A stretch of 64,000 bases of DNA from a phage, in the sequence record PZ445429.1. One strand, given 5' to 3'. This document shows positions 38,290 through 45,915 of this stretch, piece after piece. Position 1 is the stretch's first letter, and each line of letters begins with the position of its first letter. Under the pieces are notes generated by a model. It saw only the letters and a list, made by a program, of their open reading frames with translations, searched no databases and was not told where the DNA came from. The position numbers were made by a program, and so were the translations under genes.

Positions 38290-39285
38290 TTAAGCCGGCA
38301 GTTTAGCCTGCAGACCAGCCAGAGTCTGAGTGATAGCACCAAGACTTACAGCGATTTGGTTGATTACCTGACCGTTAGCACCACTACCCTGAGCGATAGC
38401 TTCACGCAGACGGCATTCGTTCAGTTCGTCCTGAATACGCGCAGTAGTTACACCAGCGATTGCAGACTGAAGTTCACAGCAGCATTCAGCGATCTGACGT
38501 TCCAGAGCGTTCTGGTTAGCACAAGCCTGAGCAGCTACAGCAGCGAACTGGTTGTTAGTCTGGATAGACTGAGCAAACATGATCTGAGCGGTATCGAACT
38601 TGTCTTGAGCACGTGCGATCTGGTTAGCAGCGAAAGCTTGATCCATCTGGCGAGAAAGATCGAACTGACCCTGAATAACGTTACGAGTTTCCTGACAGAT
38701 CTGGTTGGACAGGTTAGCACCAGTACCGTAGATCGTAGTCAGAAGCTGTTGAGTACTAGCAGCTTGAGCAGCTCCTACACCATTTACTGCACTCAGAACA
38801 GCACCAGTACCCTGATTAGCTTCAGTACGAGTAGTGTTGATTGCAGCTAGAATACTTGCAGTATCCTGGTTAGAAAGGATCGCGTCCACAGCAGTTCCCT
38901 CAGCGGCAACACCAGCACCGCGGCCAAAACCACCGAAACCACCGAATCCACCTGTTAATAGAGCACCGATTAAGATAGCTCCGAATAGACCCATACCTTC
39001 ACCACCGAAAGCACCGTTAGCAACTGCTGGGTAACCACCCATTAGGCCAGGGAAGCCACTAGTGAATACGTTTACTGGTTCTTGCATTTTATGTTTTCCA
39101 TGTTTATGACAATGTTCATCATCGTCATCTTCTTCATCATCTTCATCGTGTTCACGATGTTCTTTTTCGTAGGCTTTGACCTTCTCCCACTTTTTCTTGT
39201 CTGATTCTTCGTGACGACGCAGTTCTGCTGCTACGCCAGCGACCGTATCAGGACTCTTAGCTACTTCTTCTGTCATTTTTGACAC
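38290..39285 (-). CDS. glycine-zipper membrane protein with acidic/His-rich N-terminus and Gln/Ala-rich tail
   Basis: 331 aa; EHDEDDEEDDDDEHCHKHGKHK, GAILIGALLTGGFGGFGGFG, Q/A-rich C-terminus. Confidence 0.55.
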   Translation of the reverse strand: MSKMTEEVAKSPDTVAGVAAELRRHEESDKKKWEKVKAYEKEHREHDEDDEEDDDDEHCHKHGKHKMQEPVNVFTSGFPGLMGGYPAVANGAFGGEGMGLFGAILIGALLTGGFGGFGGFGRGAGVAAEGTAVDAILSNQDTASILAAINTTRTEANQGTGAVLSAVNGVGAAQAASTQQLLTTIYGTGANLSNQICQETRNVIQGQFDLSRQMDQAFAANQIARAQDKFDTAQIMFAQSIQTNNQFAAVAAQACANQNALERQIAECCCELQSAIAGVTTARIQDELNECRLREAIAQGSGANGQVINQIAVSLGAITQTLAGLQAKLPA

Positions 39286-39482
39286 CTCCTAGTATATAGA
39301 AAATGTGTGTCTCTTTGATCACTCATCCATAACATATACTTTACACTACCCCAGCGAAAATGTCAAGGGGTCTTTAAAAATTGCCCCCGGATTTTTAGTG
39401 GGGTAACAATTTCTGGACCTCACCACTCACCTGCTACCCTTAAGTGCCCTGCGATTTTCCACTAAAAAGTTTAAAAATTCGA

Positions 39483-39511
39483 TTGCTTGAATGCTAAATT
39501 CTCTATATAAT
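39483..39511 (+). promoter_or_regulatory. N25-type early promoter (nadR-like operon)
   Basis: TTGCTT, 17 bp, TATAAT then TATAAATTTGAGAGAGG. Confidence 0.7.
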
Positions 39512-39541
39512 ATATTTATAAATTTGAGAGAGGAATCAAAT

Positions 39542-40597
39542 ATGATTAAGACTGGTCTAGTAATTGGTAAGTTCGCACCATTAACGCGTGGTCATATTAA
39601 CCTAATAAACACAGCAGCAACTATGTGTGAACGAGTTATTGTTGTAGTTAGTCATGATAATCGTTGGCTGGATAAGCAGAACACACGTGATCAGGAAGTA
39701 TTACAGTTAAAGAATCGACTTCGTTGGTTAGAACAAACTTACGCGGATATTGAGCACATTTCGGTAGAGTACATTATTGAAGATGATATTCCTGAATATC
39801 CGAATGGTTGGCCGGAATATGCTAGAATCCTTAATGAAAATTACGGACATTTGCCTGAGATCACCATTTTCTCTAGCGAACTAGACTATGATGCAGAATA
39901 TAAGAAATATCTGCCGAAGTTTGGTCATTATATTGTAGATTCTGATCGGACTCGTGTTCCAATCTCAGCTACAATGATTCGTAATGATCTTATGAAGTAT
40001 TGGGAGTTTCTTCCTAGCGTAGTTCGTAAAGATTACGTGCGTAAGGTTGTAATCATTGGGACTGAAAGCTCGGGAAAGACTACTTTAACAAAATACCTTG
40101 CGAAGCTATACAACACTTCGTGGGTAGAAGAATATGGCCGAACGTATTGTGAAGTTGATCTAGTTGGTAACGAAAATCTACTTACCAGTGAAGATTATAG
40201 TAAAATTGCGTTCAGACACAAAGAGCTAGAGTTTGAAGCAGAACGTACTGCAAATAAGATCATGTTTGTGGATACAAATGCTTTTATTACTGAGTTCTAC
40301 CACAGACTTTATGAACATCGTAAGAATCCTGTGGTTACAGCAATTGCAAAAGAAGAACATTACGATTTAGTAATTGTTCTAGCGCCTACTGTTAAGTGGG
40401 TAGATGATGGTTTACGTATTAACTCCGATCGTTCAATTACTTCTGAACTGTTCGAGCAGATGAAGAAAGAATTTCCAAATCAGTTCCCTGAAGGGCGTAC
40501 TGTTTACATCGACTCCCCGGACTACAAAGTTCGTATGGACGAAGCAGTAAACGCAGTAGACTGGCTGATTCATCACTTTAACGTTGGAGAGTTTTAA
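39542..40597 (+). CDS. nadR: NadR-like bifunctional NMN adenylyltransferase / ribosylnicotinamide kinase (no HTH domain)
   Basis: ATG 39542; GKFAPLTRGH motif, C-terminal Walker A GTESSGKTT. Confidence 0.8.
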   Translation: MIKTGLVIGKFAPLTRGHINLINTAATMCERVIVVVSHDNRWLDKQNTRDQEVLQLKNRLRWLEQTYADIEHISVEYIIEDDIPEYPNGWPEYARILNENYGHLPEITIFSSELDYDAEYKKYLPKFGHYIVDSDRTRVPISATMIRNDLMKYWEFLPSVVRKDYVRKVVIIGTESSGKTTLTKYLAKLYNTSWVEEYGRTYCEVDLVGNENLLTSEDYSKIAFRHKELEFEAERTANKIMFVDTNAFITEFYHRLYEHRKNPVVTAIAKEEHYDLVIVLAPTVKWVDDGLRINSDRSITSELFEQMKKEFPNQFPEGRTVYIDSPDYKVRMDEAVNAVDWLIHHFNVGEF

Positions 40598-40598
40598 T

Positions 40599-41276
40599 AT
40601 GACTAACTATCTTGTAAATGACTTTAAAAACTGGAAACCTTTGGAATATCTGTGGCTGTTTATAGCAGTCGCCTTTATTAGTTTAGCAAACTATAATGGT
40701 ACAGCTCTAGATTGGGCTACTGCAATAACCAATGTGGTTTGTGTTATTCTGGTTGCAAAAGGACGTGTTTCCAACTATATTTGGGGCTTAGTGGGTGTTC
40801 TTACATACGGTATTACAGCTTTAAACGCAGATCTTTATGGTAATGCTGCACTAAACCTGCTATACTACGTTCCTATGCAGTTTTATGGAATGTACTTATG
40901 GCATAAAAATAAGCCAAGTAATCTGCCAGATGTTCCAACTAAGGTTCTGAATAAAGCCCAAGCTCTGCTGACTCTAGGGATTCTAGCAGTAGCTACTTTA
41001 GGTTACGGCAGCTTCCTTGCTACTACCGCTGATCCATTCCCAATGCTTGACGCATTTACTGCGGTTGGTAGTGTGATTGCTATGTGGCTTATGGTCAAAC
41101 AATATGCTGAACAATGGCTGATTTGGATTGTTATTAACATTGGTACTGTGTACATTTGGCTTGTAACTGCTCAATCTACAGGTGCATCTTACGCAATCCT
41201 AGCAATGTGGCTAGTATTCTTAGGCAACTCTATTCTTGGAGCTTATAAAGGATACTTTGTACGCGTTAACAAATAA
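40599..41276 (+). CDS. pnuC: PnuC-like nicotinamide riboside transporter
   Basis: ATG 40599; polytopic membrane protein with SNYIWGL motif; adjacent to nadR-like gene. Confidence 0.7.
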   Translation: MTNYLVNDFKNWKPLEYLWLFIAVAFISLANYNGTALDWATAITNVVCVILVAKGRVSNYIWGLVGVLTYGITALNADLYGNAALNLLYYVPMQFYGMYLWHKNKPSNLPDVPTKVLNKAQALLTLGILAVATLGYGSFLATTADPFPMLDAFTAVGSVIAMWLMVKQYAEQWLIWIVINIGTVYIWLVTAQSTGASYAILAMWLVFLGNSILGAYKGYFVRVNK

Positions 41277-41283
41277 AGTAGTT

Positions 41284-41310
41284 ATAGCCCTCTAAGCGAG
41301 GGCTATTATA
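41284..41310 (+). terminator. terminator-like hairpin after pnuC
   Basis: AGCCCTC-TAAGC-GAGGGCT then ATTATA; weak U-tract. Confidence 0.45.
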
Positions 41311-41323
41311 CAGAAATTTTCAC

Positions 41324-41352
41324 TTGCTTAATATAGAAAATTTCTGTATAAT
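41324..41352 (+). promoter_or_regulatory. N25-type early promoter
   Basis: TTGCTT, 17 bp, TATAAT then ATAAATTCGAGAGAGAGAGG. Confidence 0.7.
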
Positions 41353-41386
41353 ATATTTATAAATTCGAGAGAGAGAGGAATCAAAC

Positions 41387-41683
41387 ATGAAACGCATTGT
41401 ACTTGCATTGACTCTAGTATCTACTTCTGTATTTGCTGCTCCGCAACAGGAACTTTGTCAAGTTCAGGTTTGTAATAAGTTAGAACGATTTACTTTGGAT
41501 ATTTGGTCACACATTAAAGATAATATGGGTGAACAGTGTTTTGATATTGTTCTGCCAAAAGAGCAGGCTGTTCCTGGTGCTGTTCTTAGCTCAGAGTCAC
41601 GTTGGTGGCAGGGTTCTTCTATCAACCCAACTAAGAAGTCAGTGACACGTATCAAACAGGTATATCAGTGCAATGTTCAGTAA
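41387..41683 (+). CDS. secreted small protein
   Basis: 98 aa, signal peptide MKRIVLALTLVSTSVFA. Confidence 0.5.
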   Translation: MKRIVLALTLVSTSVFAAPQQELCQVQVCNKLERFTLDIWSHIKDNMGEQCFDIVLPKEQAVPGAVLSSESRWWQGSSINPTKKSVTRIKQVYQCNVQ

Positions 41684-41691
41684 AATTTCAC

Positions 41692-41720
41692 TTGCTTAAT
41701 GCCGAAATTTTCTGTATAAT
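41692..41720 (+). promoter_or_regulatory. N25-type promoter driving tRNA-Ser/tRNA-CAT
   Basis: TTGCTT, 17 bp, TATAAT; tRNA begins ~15 nt downstream. Confidence 0.7.
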
Positions 41721-41734
41721 ATATTCATAAATTT

Positions 41735-41828
41735 GGAAGATTAACCCTAAAGGTAAGGGAGCTGTTTGCTAAACAGCCAGTAACTGTGGATACACGGTGT
41801 GCCAGTTCGAATCTGGCATCTTCCTCCA
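41735..41828 (+). tRNA. tRNA-Ser (GCT), type II
   Basis: Acceptor GGAAGAT/ATCTTCC, T-arm GCCAG-TTCGAAT-CTGGC, loop TTGCTAA, long variable arm, CCA. Confidence 0.75.
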
Positions 41829-41833
41829 AATTT

Positions 41834-41911
41834 GGTTCTCAAGCTCATTTGGTATGAGCCGTCGCCTCATAAGCGAAAGGTAGGTAGGTTCGAATCCTCC
41901 GGGAGCCACCA
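41834..41911 (+). tRNA. tRNA with CAT anticodon (Met or Ile2)
   Basis: Acceptor GGTTCTC/GGGAGCC, D-stem GCTC/GAGC, loop CTCATAA, CCA. Confidence 0.65.
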
Positions 41912-41928
41912 ATTAATTAGGAGACTAT

Positions 41929-42114
41929 ATGTCTAGATTCTACGAAATGAAGAAAGCATTAGAAGAATGTCGGTGTAAGGACTGTCATGGTGGTGGTAGG
42001 CAGGATGATGCAGAACCTGGGGATATTTTCTGTAGAGAATGGGAATGTCCTACATGTAAAGGTACTGGTATCAACCCTGAATATGCAATTTGTCTAGACA
42101 TTGAGCGAGGCTAA
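41929..42114 (+). CDS. small zinc-ribbon protein
   Basis: 61 aa; CRCKDCHGG...CPTCKG. Confidence 0.45.
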   Translation: MSRFYEMKKALEECRCKDCHGGGRQDDAEPGDIFCREWECPTCKGTGINPEYAICLDIERG

Positions 42115-42454
42115 GATGGATATTTTTACTACTCCGGCAATAAACCTTTTAGGTGTTGGCTTGTTCCAAGCTACGGTGTATCGTACTGATGATTCTACTG
42201 ATGTGGTAACGTTCATCGTACCTGAGTTCTTCCTAGAAAAGTTCTTTGAAGAGTTTGAGCAGTTCCGTGAAGAACACAATGCTCATTCCGATATGGAAGA
42301 TCTAGCAGCTATGTTCCCTGTGGTTTACGGCTATATCTTTGAAGGTAATGGCCTAGATCTTAATAAATCTGAACTCGTTGAACTTAACTGGGGCATCAAT
42401 TTTGAAGTTGGCTCTCCATTTCCTCGATATTTCCAGGGTTTAGAGATTCGATAA
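42101..42454 (+). CDS. hypothetical protein
   Basis: 117-aa ORF; stop 8 nt before a tRNA. Confidence 0.5.
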   Translation: MSEAKMDIFTTPAINLLGVGLFQATVYRTDDSTDVVTFIVPEFFLEKFFEEFEQFREEHNAHSDMEDLAAMFPVVYGYIFEGNGLDLNKSELVELNWGINFEVGSPFPRYFQGLEIR

Positions 42455-42462
42455 GATTACAT

Positions 42463-42539
42463 GGGGGTGTAATCGAATTGGCATAGGTACTGGACTTAAA
42501 ATTCAGGTTTTGTGGGTTCGAATCCCACCACCCCTACCA
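42463..42539 (+). tRNA. tRNA with TAA anticodon (Leu-type) but class-I short variable arm
   Basis: Acceptor GGGGGTG/CACCCCT, T-arm GTGGG-TTCGAAT-CCCAC, loop CTTAAAA, 5-nt variable region, A73, CCA. Confidence 0.6.
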
Positions 42540-42690
42540 AATTAAGGAAATAAAATGAAAGCTAGTAAGAAAGCACTACGTAAATTTATGTACTGTCGTT
42601 TTCATAGCATCAAGACTTCAACTAATGGTACGACTTATGATCGCTATGATCCTAAGTTTGGCTTACATTCTAAATAACTGGAGAAAACAA

Positions 42691-42897
42691 ATGGCTAATC
42701 CTGAAATTACGGCACAGCGCTTTATGCTAAAAGGTATTATTGCTGAAGCAGGCGTGACACAAGAAGTGGAAGATTTCCATAAGCAGTTCCTAAATATTCT
42801 CACTCAAGCCAAAGAGCTAGGAGAGAAAGAACATGGCGCGGCTATTATGGCAATCACATTGGTTGGGCTTGATCTGGCAGAAGAATCAGGAGTTTAA
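42691..42897 (+). CDS. hypothetical small protein
   Basis: ATG 42691 preceded by GGAGAAAAC. Confidence 0.45.
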   Translation: MANPEITAQRFMLKGIIAEAGVTQEVEDFHKQFLNILTQAKELGEKEHGAAIMAITLVGLDLAEESGV

Positions 42898-42927
42898 CTC
42901 CTCCAAGCAGAAATTTTAAAAATGTAC

Positions 42928-42957
42928 TTGCCTTTTGCTTTAAATTTCTGGTATAAT
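42928..42957 (+). promoter_or_regulatory. N25-type early promoter
   Basis: TTGCCT, 18 bp, TATAAT then TATAAATTGATGAAGGAG. Confidence 0.6.
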
Positions 42958-42987
42958 AGTTATATAAATTGATGAAGGAGTTAACGA

Positions 42988-43263
42988 ATGCAAAATCGTG
43001 TTATAGCAACTGGTATTGAAAGTGCAATCTGTAAATCCTGGGAAGGCTGGGAAGGTGAGATTGAATGGCTTTATTTCTACGATGTAGAACTTCTGCCGGA
43101 AGTTAAAGCTAAATGTGTTGAAGCTGGCATGGCTCCAGATGCAAAAGCTGATATTGATATTTCAATGTCTGAACTTAAAGGTCGTGTAATTACTGTTAGT
43201 GATGAGGGCGAAGAAGTTTTCGAACTTCCATTCTCCTTAACTGTCACTCCTAAGTTCGATTAA
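42988..43263 (+). CDS. hypothetical protein
   Basis: 91-aa ORF, promoter plus RBS GAAGGAG. Confidence 0.5.
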   Translation: MQNRVIATGIESAICKSWEGWEGEIEWLYFYDVELLPEVKAKCVEAGMAPDAKADIDISMSELKGRVITVSDEGEEVFELPFSLTVTPKFD

Positions 43264-43299
43264 CTAATACAGCACTTAGCAAGTTCTTTAAAATTTGAC

Positions 43300-43328
43300 T
43301 TGCTCAGTGCCTTAAAACTTGATATAAT
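43300..43328 (+). promoter_or_regulatory. promoter driving tRNA-Tyr/Glu/Trp/Phe cluster
   Basis: TTGCTC, 17 bp, TATAAT; ~120-nt leader before first tRNA. Confidence 0.6.
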
Positions 43329-43453
43329 AGTTATCTAATTTGGAAAACATATCTGAATGAGAAGTAACTAAGCGAGTTGCTTTTAGGGGTAAAGTCAGGA
43401 TTTCCTGAAATATTCCACTTTGAGTTTAACCGACTTACTTTTCATTCAAATAT

Positions 43454-43534
43454 GGGGGATTGGCTCAGTGGCGACGGCGCCTGGCTGTAGACCGGGTATA
43501 TCACGCGGAGGTTCGAGTCCTCCATCCCCCACCA
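43454..43534 (+). tRNA. tRNA-Tyr (GTA)
   Basis: Acceptor GGGGGAT/ATCCCCC, T-arm GGAGG-TTCGAGT-CCTCC, loop CTGTAGA, 10-nt variable arm, CCA. Confidence 0.7.
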
Positions 43535-43542
43535 AAATTAAT

Positions 43543-43617
43543 GCACCTATCGTCTAATGGTTAGGACATCAGGATTTCAATCTGAGAATCGGAGTTCAAT
43601 TCTCCGTGGGTGTGCCA
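43543..43617 (+). tRNA. tRNA-Glu (TTC)
   Basis: Acceptor GCACCTA/TGGGTGT, D-stem GTCT/GGAC, loop ATTTCAA, T-loop TTCAATT, CCA. Confidence 0.7.
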
Positions 43618-43626
43618 ATTAATAAT

Positions 43627-43697
43627 TGGGGTACGCATAGGTTGCTAGTGGGCCTCCAAAACCCATGAAAAGGTTTCGAATACCTTTACCCCTGCCA
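43627..43697 (+). tRNA. tRNA-Trp-like (CCA), irregular D-arm
   Basis: T-arm AAGGT-TTCGAAT-ACCTT, 3' TACCCCT-G-CCA, loop CTCCAAA; short, U1-U72 mismatch; may be degenerate. Confidence 0.45.
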
Positions 43698-43703
43698 ATA
43701 TTT

Positions 43704-43778
43704 GCACCTTTAGCTGAGATGGATTAGCGCTTGCCTGAAGAGCTTGAGAGGTTGGATCGTTACCAACGGGGTGCACCA
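43704..43778 (+). tRNA. tRNA-Phe-like (GAA)
   Basis: Acceptor GCACCTT/GGGGTGC, D-stem GCTG/TAGC, loop CTGAAGA; two U-U mismatches in anticodon stem, non-canonical T-loop ATCGTTA. Confidence 0.5.
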
Positions 43779-43795
43779 ATTTGAAGGAGATGCTG

Positions 43796-44068
43796 ATGCA
43801 TCCTGAAAACTTCTTTATTTACTGTGCGGATAAGTCATTAAAACGCAGAATTAATAAAGTCTATCATTATCGTGCCAGTCAACAGCCTTATGTTTATGCT
43901 TTTGACGGAGATCACATCCCACTAGAACAATTGGCATGTGATTACATGGTATTGAAGAACTTTGACGAGACAAAGATCTCAAGCGTTCATAATCGACAGA
44001 ACCCGTTAACGTGGAAATATAAGAAGAAAAAGAAAGGCATCATATTTCTGAAAAATGTAGTTGCTTAA
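43796..44068 (+). CDS. hypothetical protein
   Basis: ATG 43796 six nt after AGGAG. Confidence 0.45.
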   Translation: MHPENFFIYCADKSLKRRINKVYHYRASQQPYVYAFDGDHIPLEQLACDYMVLKNFDETKISSVHNRQNPLTWKYKKKKKGIIFLKNVVA

Positions 44069-44089
44069 CCACTTAAAGTTCTGTATAAT
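44061..44089 (+). promoter_or_regulatory. N25-type early promoter
   Basis: TTGCTT (inside preceding ORF 3' end), 17 bp, TATAAT. Confidence 0.6.
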
Positions 44090-44118
44090 TATTACATAAG
44101 TTGAACTGGAGAAGCAAC

Positions 44119-44343
44119 ATGACAGAACAAGAATTGAAAGAACGTAAGCTGGTAATGCTTCGCTTACTAAACATTTTCTCTGGTATGGATGGTGGTATTG
44201 ACTTCATTCAACTACGCACTTTTGTAGAAGAAGCAGAAGGCGAGGCTATCACTAGGATTCTTAAACATATGGGTTTGTTACTAGATGCTGCTAATGTGGC
44301 TACTCAATATAAACTCAAAGATTTACCAGAGCGTGTTAAATGA
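44119..44343 (+). CDS. hypothetical protein
   Basis: ATG 44119 after RBS GGAGAAG. Confidence 0.5.
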   Translation: MTEQELKERKLVMLRLLNIFSGMDGGIDFIQLRTFVEEAEGEAITRILKHMGLLLDAANVATQYKLKDLPERVK

Positions 44344-44531
44344 AAATGTTAGTTAAATTTAAGTGTTGTGGTTCTGAACATATTTTCACTCGTTATAGAG
44401 AGTTTAAGATGTGTGAGTGTGGTAAGTCAGGCTATGATGCTGGAGATGGCTTTTATGCTAGATCTTTAGGACATTCTAAAGATCTAGAGTTTACTAATCT
44501 CGAAAAGCAAGATAAATCGACCGTTGGCTGA
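44340..44531 (+). CDS. small Cys-rich zinc-ribbon-like protein
   Basis: 63 aa, KCCGSEH...CECG; 3' end overlaps tRNA start by 14 nt. Confidence 0.45.
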   Translation: MKMLVKFKCCGSEHIFTRYREFKMCECGKSGYDAGDGFYARSLGHSKDLEFTNLEKQDKSTVG

Positions 44532-44593
44532 ATGGCTTAGGCGGAGGCCTGCAAAACCTCCTTATGTGAGTTCGAATCTCATGCGGTCGTCCA
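44518..44593 (+). tRNA. tRNA-Cys (GCA)
   Basis: Acceptor CGACCGT/GCGGTCG, T-loop TTCGAAT, loop CTGCAAA, CCA. Confidence 0.65.
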
Positions 44594-44599
44594 AATTTA

Positions 44600-44685
44600 G
44601 GGCCGTTGGCTGAATGGTTTAAGCGCCGGACTGTTAATCCGTATCCGCAAGGATAAAGTAGGTTCGACTCCTACACGGCCCGCCA
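44600..44685 (+). tRNA. tRNA-Asn-type (GTT) with unusually long variable region
   Basis: Acceptor GGGCCGT/ACGGCCC, anticodon arm CCGGA-CTGTTAA-TCCGT, 15-nt variable region with GCAA-loop hairpin, G73, CCA. Confidence 0.6.
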
Positions 44686-44712
44686 ATTTCATTAACAACT
44701 GAGGAAATAGAT

Positions 44713-44898
44713 ATGACAACTCGTGCAATTGCTCGACTAGAAGCTGATCGTGATAATCTGATTAATAATATTAAGGTTCGTGGTAATATTATTAAGGCTC
44801 TGAAAGCTGAACTTCTTGAAGAACTTCAAGGTCAAGTAGAGCGTCGTGAAGCTCTAAAAGAGGTTGAGGAAGCTATCGAAAAACTCAAGGCTGAATAA
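44713..44898 (+). CDS. hypothetical coiled-coil protein
   Basis: 61-aa ORF with RBS GAGGAAATAG. Confidence 0.45.
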   Translation: MTTRAIARLEADRDNLINNIKVRGNIIKALKAELLEELQGQVERREALKEVEEAIEKLKAE

Positions 44899-44901
44899 AT
44901 T

Positions 44902-45483
44902 ATGCACGGAATATCCTTACCCATTCCAGGGTTTGAGGAGTACTTAGTAAGTTTGGATGGGTTAGTATTTAGTATCAAATCAAACAAAATACTAACCCCA
45001 ATAACCAGTAATTACGGATACTTATCTATACGTCTCCATAAAAATGGTCAACAGAGAAATACCGGTGTACATAGGATTTTAGCATGTGCATTTAAGAAAT
45101 TACCAAGTCTAGACTCTGAACTAGAAGTTGACCATATTAACACAGACATTACTTATTGGGGTCTTAATAACTTACAAGTGCTCACAAAAGAGCAGCATCT
45201 AGAAAAGACTTTAAAAGACAAAGGATTTAGTAAACTAAACCATGATAATTGTTGTAAGGATTGTGGTAAAGCTATTTCTTTAAAAGCTGAAAAATGTCAG
45301 GAGTGCTCTTCACATAAACCAAAAGATATCTCTATAACTAAAGAAATAATCGAGGTTACAGTAAGAGAGCTAGGCTGGTCAGGTGCAGGGAGAAAGTTAA
45401 GTTATTCAGATAATGGGTTGCGTAAAAGATACACTTCTTTAGGAGGCAATCCTAAAGAACTTAAAAAGTTAAAGGTACTATAG
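44902..45483 (+). CDS. HNH homing endonuclease inside the tRNA cluster
   Basis: 193 aa; HNH core EVDHINTD...NNLQVLTKEQH plus zinc ribbon CCKDCG...CQEC; stop overlaps tRNA start. Confidence 0.7.
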   Translation: MHGISLPIPGFEEYLVSLDGLVFSIKSNKILTPITSNYGYLSIRLHKNGQQRNTGVHRILACAFKKLPSLDSELEVDHINTDITYWGLNNLQVLTKEQHLEKTLKDKGFSKLNHDNCCKDCGKAISLKAEKCQECSSHKPKDISITKEIIEVTVRELGWSGAGRKLSYSDNGLRKRYTSLGGNPKELKKLKVL

Positions 45484-45548
45484 TCTAACGGTTAGGATAC
45501 TCCCCTGTCACGGGAGAGGTAGGGTTTCGATTACCCTTAGTACCGCCA
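45474..45548 (+). tRNA. tRNA-Asp (GTC)
   Basis: Acceptor GGTACTA/TAGTACC, anticodon arm CTCCC-CTGTCAC-GGGAG, T-arm AGGGT-TTCGATT-ACCCT, CCA. Confidence 0.8.
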
Positions 45549-45554
45549 AATTAT

Positions 45555-45631
45555 ACATCCATAGCTCAATTGGTTAGAGCTACCGCCTCTTAAGCGGTAG
45601 GTTCTAGGTTCAAGTCCTAGTGGGTGTACCA
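45555..45631 (+). tRNA. tRNA-Lys (CTT)
   Basis: Acceptor ACATCCA/TGGGTGT, D-stem GCTC/GAGC, anticodon arm ACCGC-CTCTTAA-GCGGT, CCA. Confidence 0.8.
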
Positions 45632-45844
45632 AACATCAGAGCAGCGTGATGTACTGCAAAGACCCAAAGTCCGGGGTGGACTTCTTGATTCAAAGGAGCA
45701 GGCATTAATTATCATTCTAGCGTGGTGGAGAGGGGACACCAGCTTGCCGAGGGTAGAAGCTCGTTCGATTCGAGTGAAAGAATGGTTCTCGTAAATCCGC
45801 ACAAGTGATAGTAGGTTCAAGTCCTACCTAGATTGACTCATTAT
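45632..45844 (+). ncRNA. ORF-free tRNA-like region (candidate stable RNA or degenerate tRNA genes)
   Basis: 213 nt between two tRNAs; two T-arm-like hairpins (GCTCG-TTCGATT-CGAGT near 45757; GTAGG-TTCAAGT-CCTAC at 45811-45827) without a matching 5' acceptor strand. Confidence 0.3.
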
Positions 45845-45915
45845 GCGTTCGTAGTTAAAAGGTATAATTTTTGGTTGCCAACCAGAAGTTGAGGGTTCGA
45901 TTCCCTCCGACCGCA
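45845..45915 (+). tRNA. tRNA-Gly (GCC), no encoded CCA
   Basis: Acceptor GCGTTCG/CGACCGC (one mismatch), loop TTGCCAA, T-arm GAGGG-TTCGATT-CCCTC; 3' end ...A-CAA. Confidence 0.55.

Noticed and set aside
38356-38850. 164-aa plus-strand ORF antisense to the glycine-zipper gene
   Set aside because: A Ser/Thr-rich mirror frame of the minus-strand Gly/Ala-rich gene; no promoter cassette or RBS.
45617-45820. 67-aa minus-strand ORF inside the tRNA-like region
   Set aside because: Antisense to tRNA-like hairpins in a plus-strand-only tRNA cluster, with no start-site signals.
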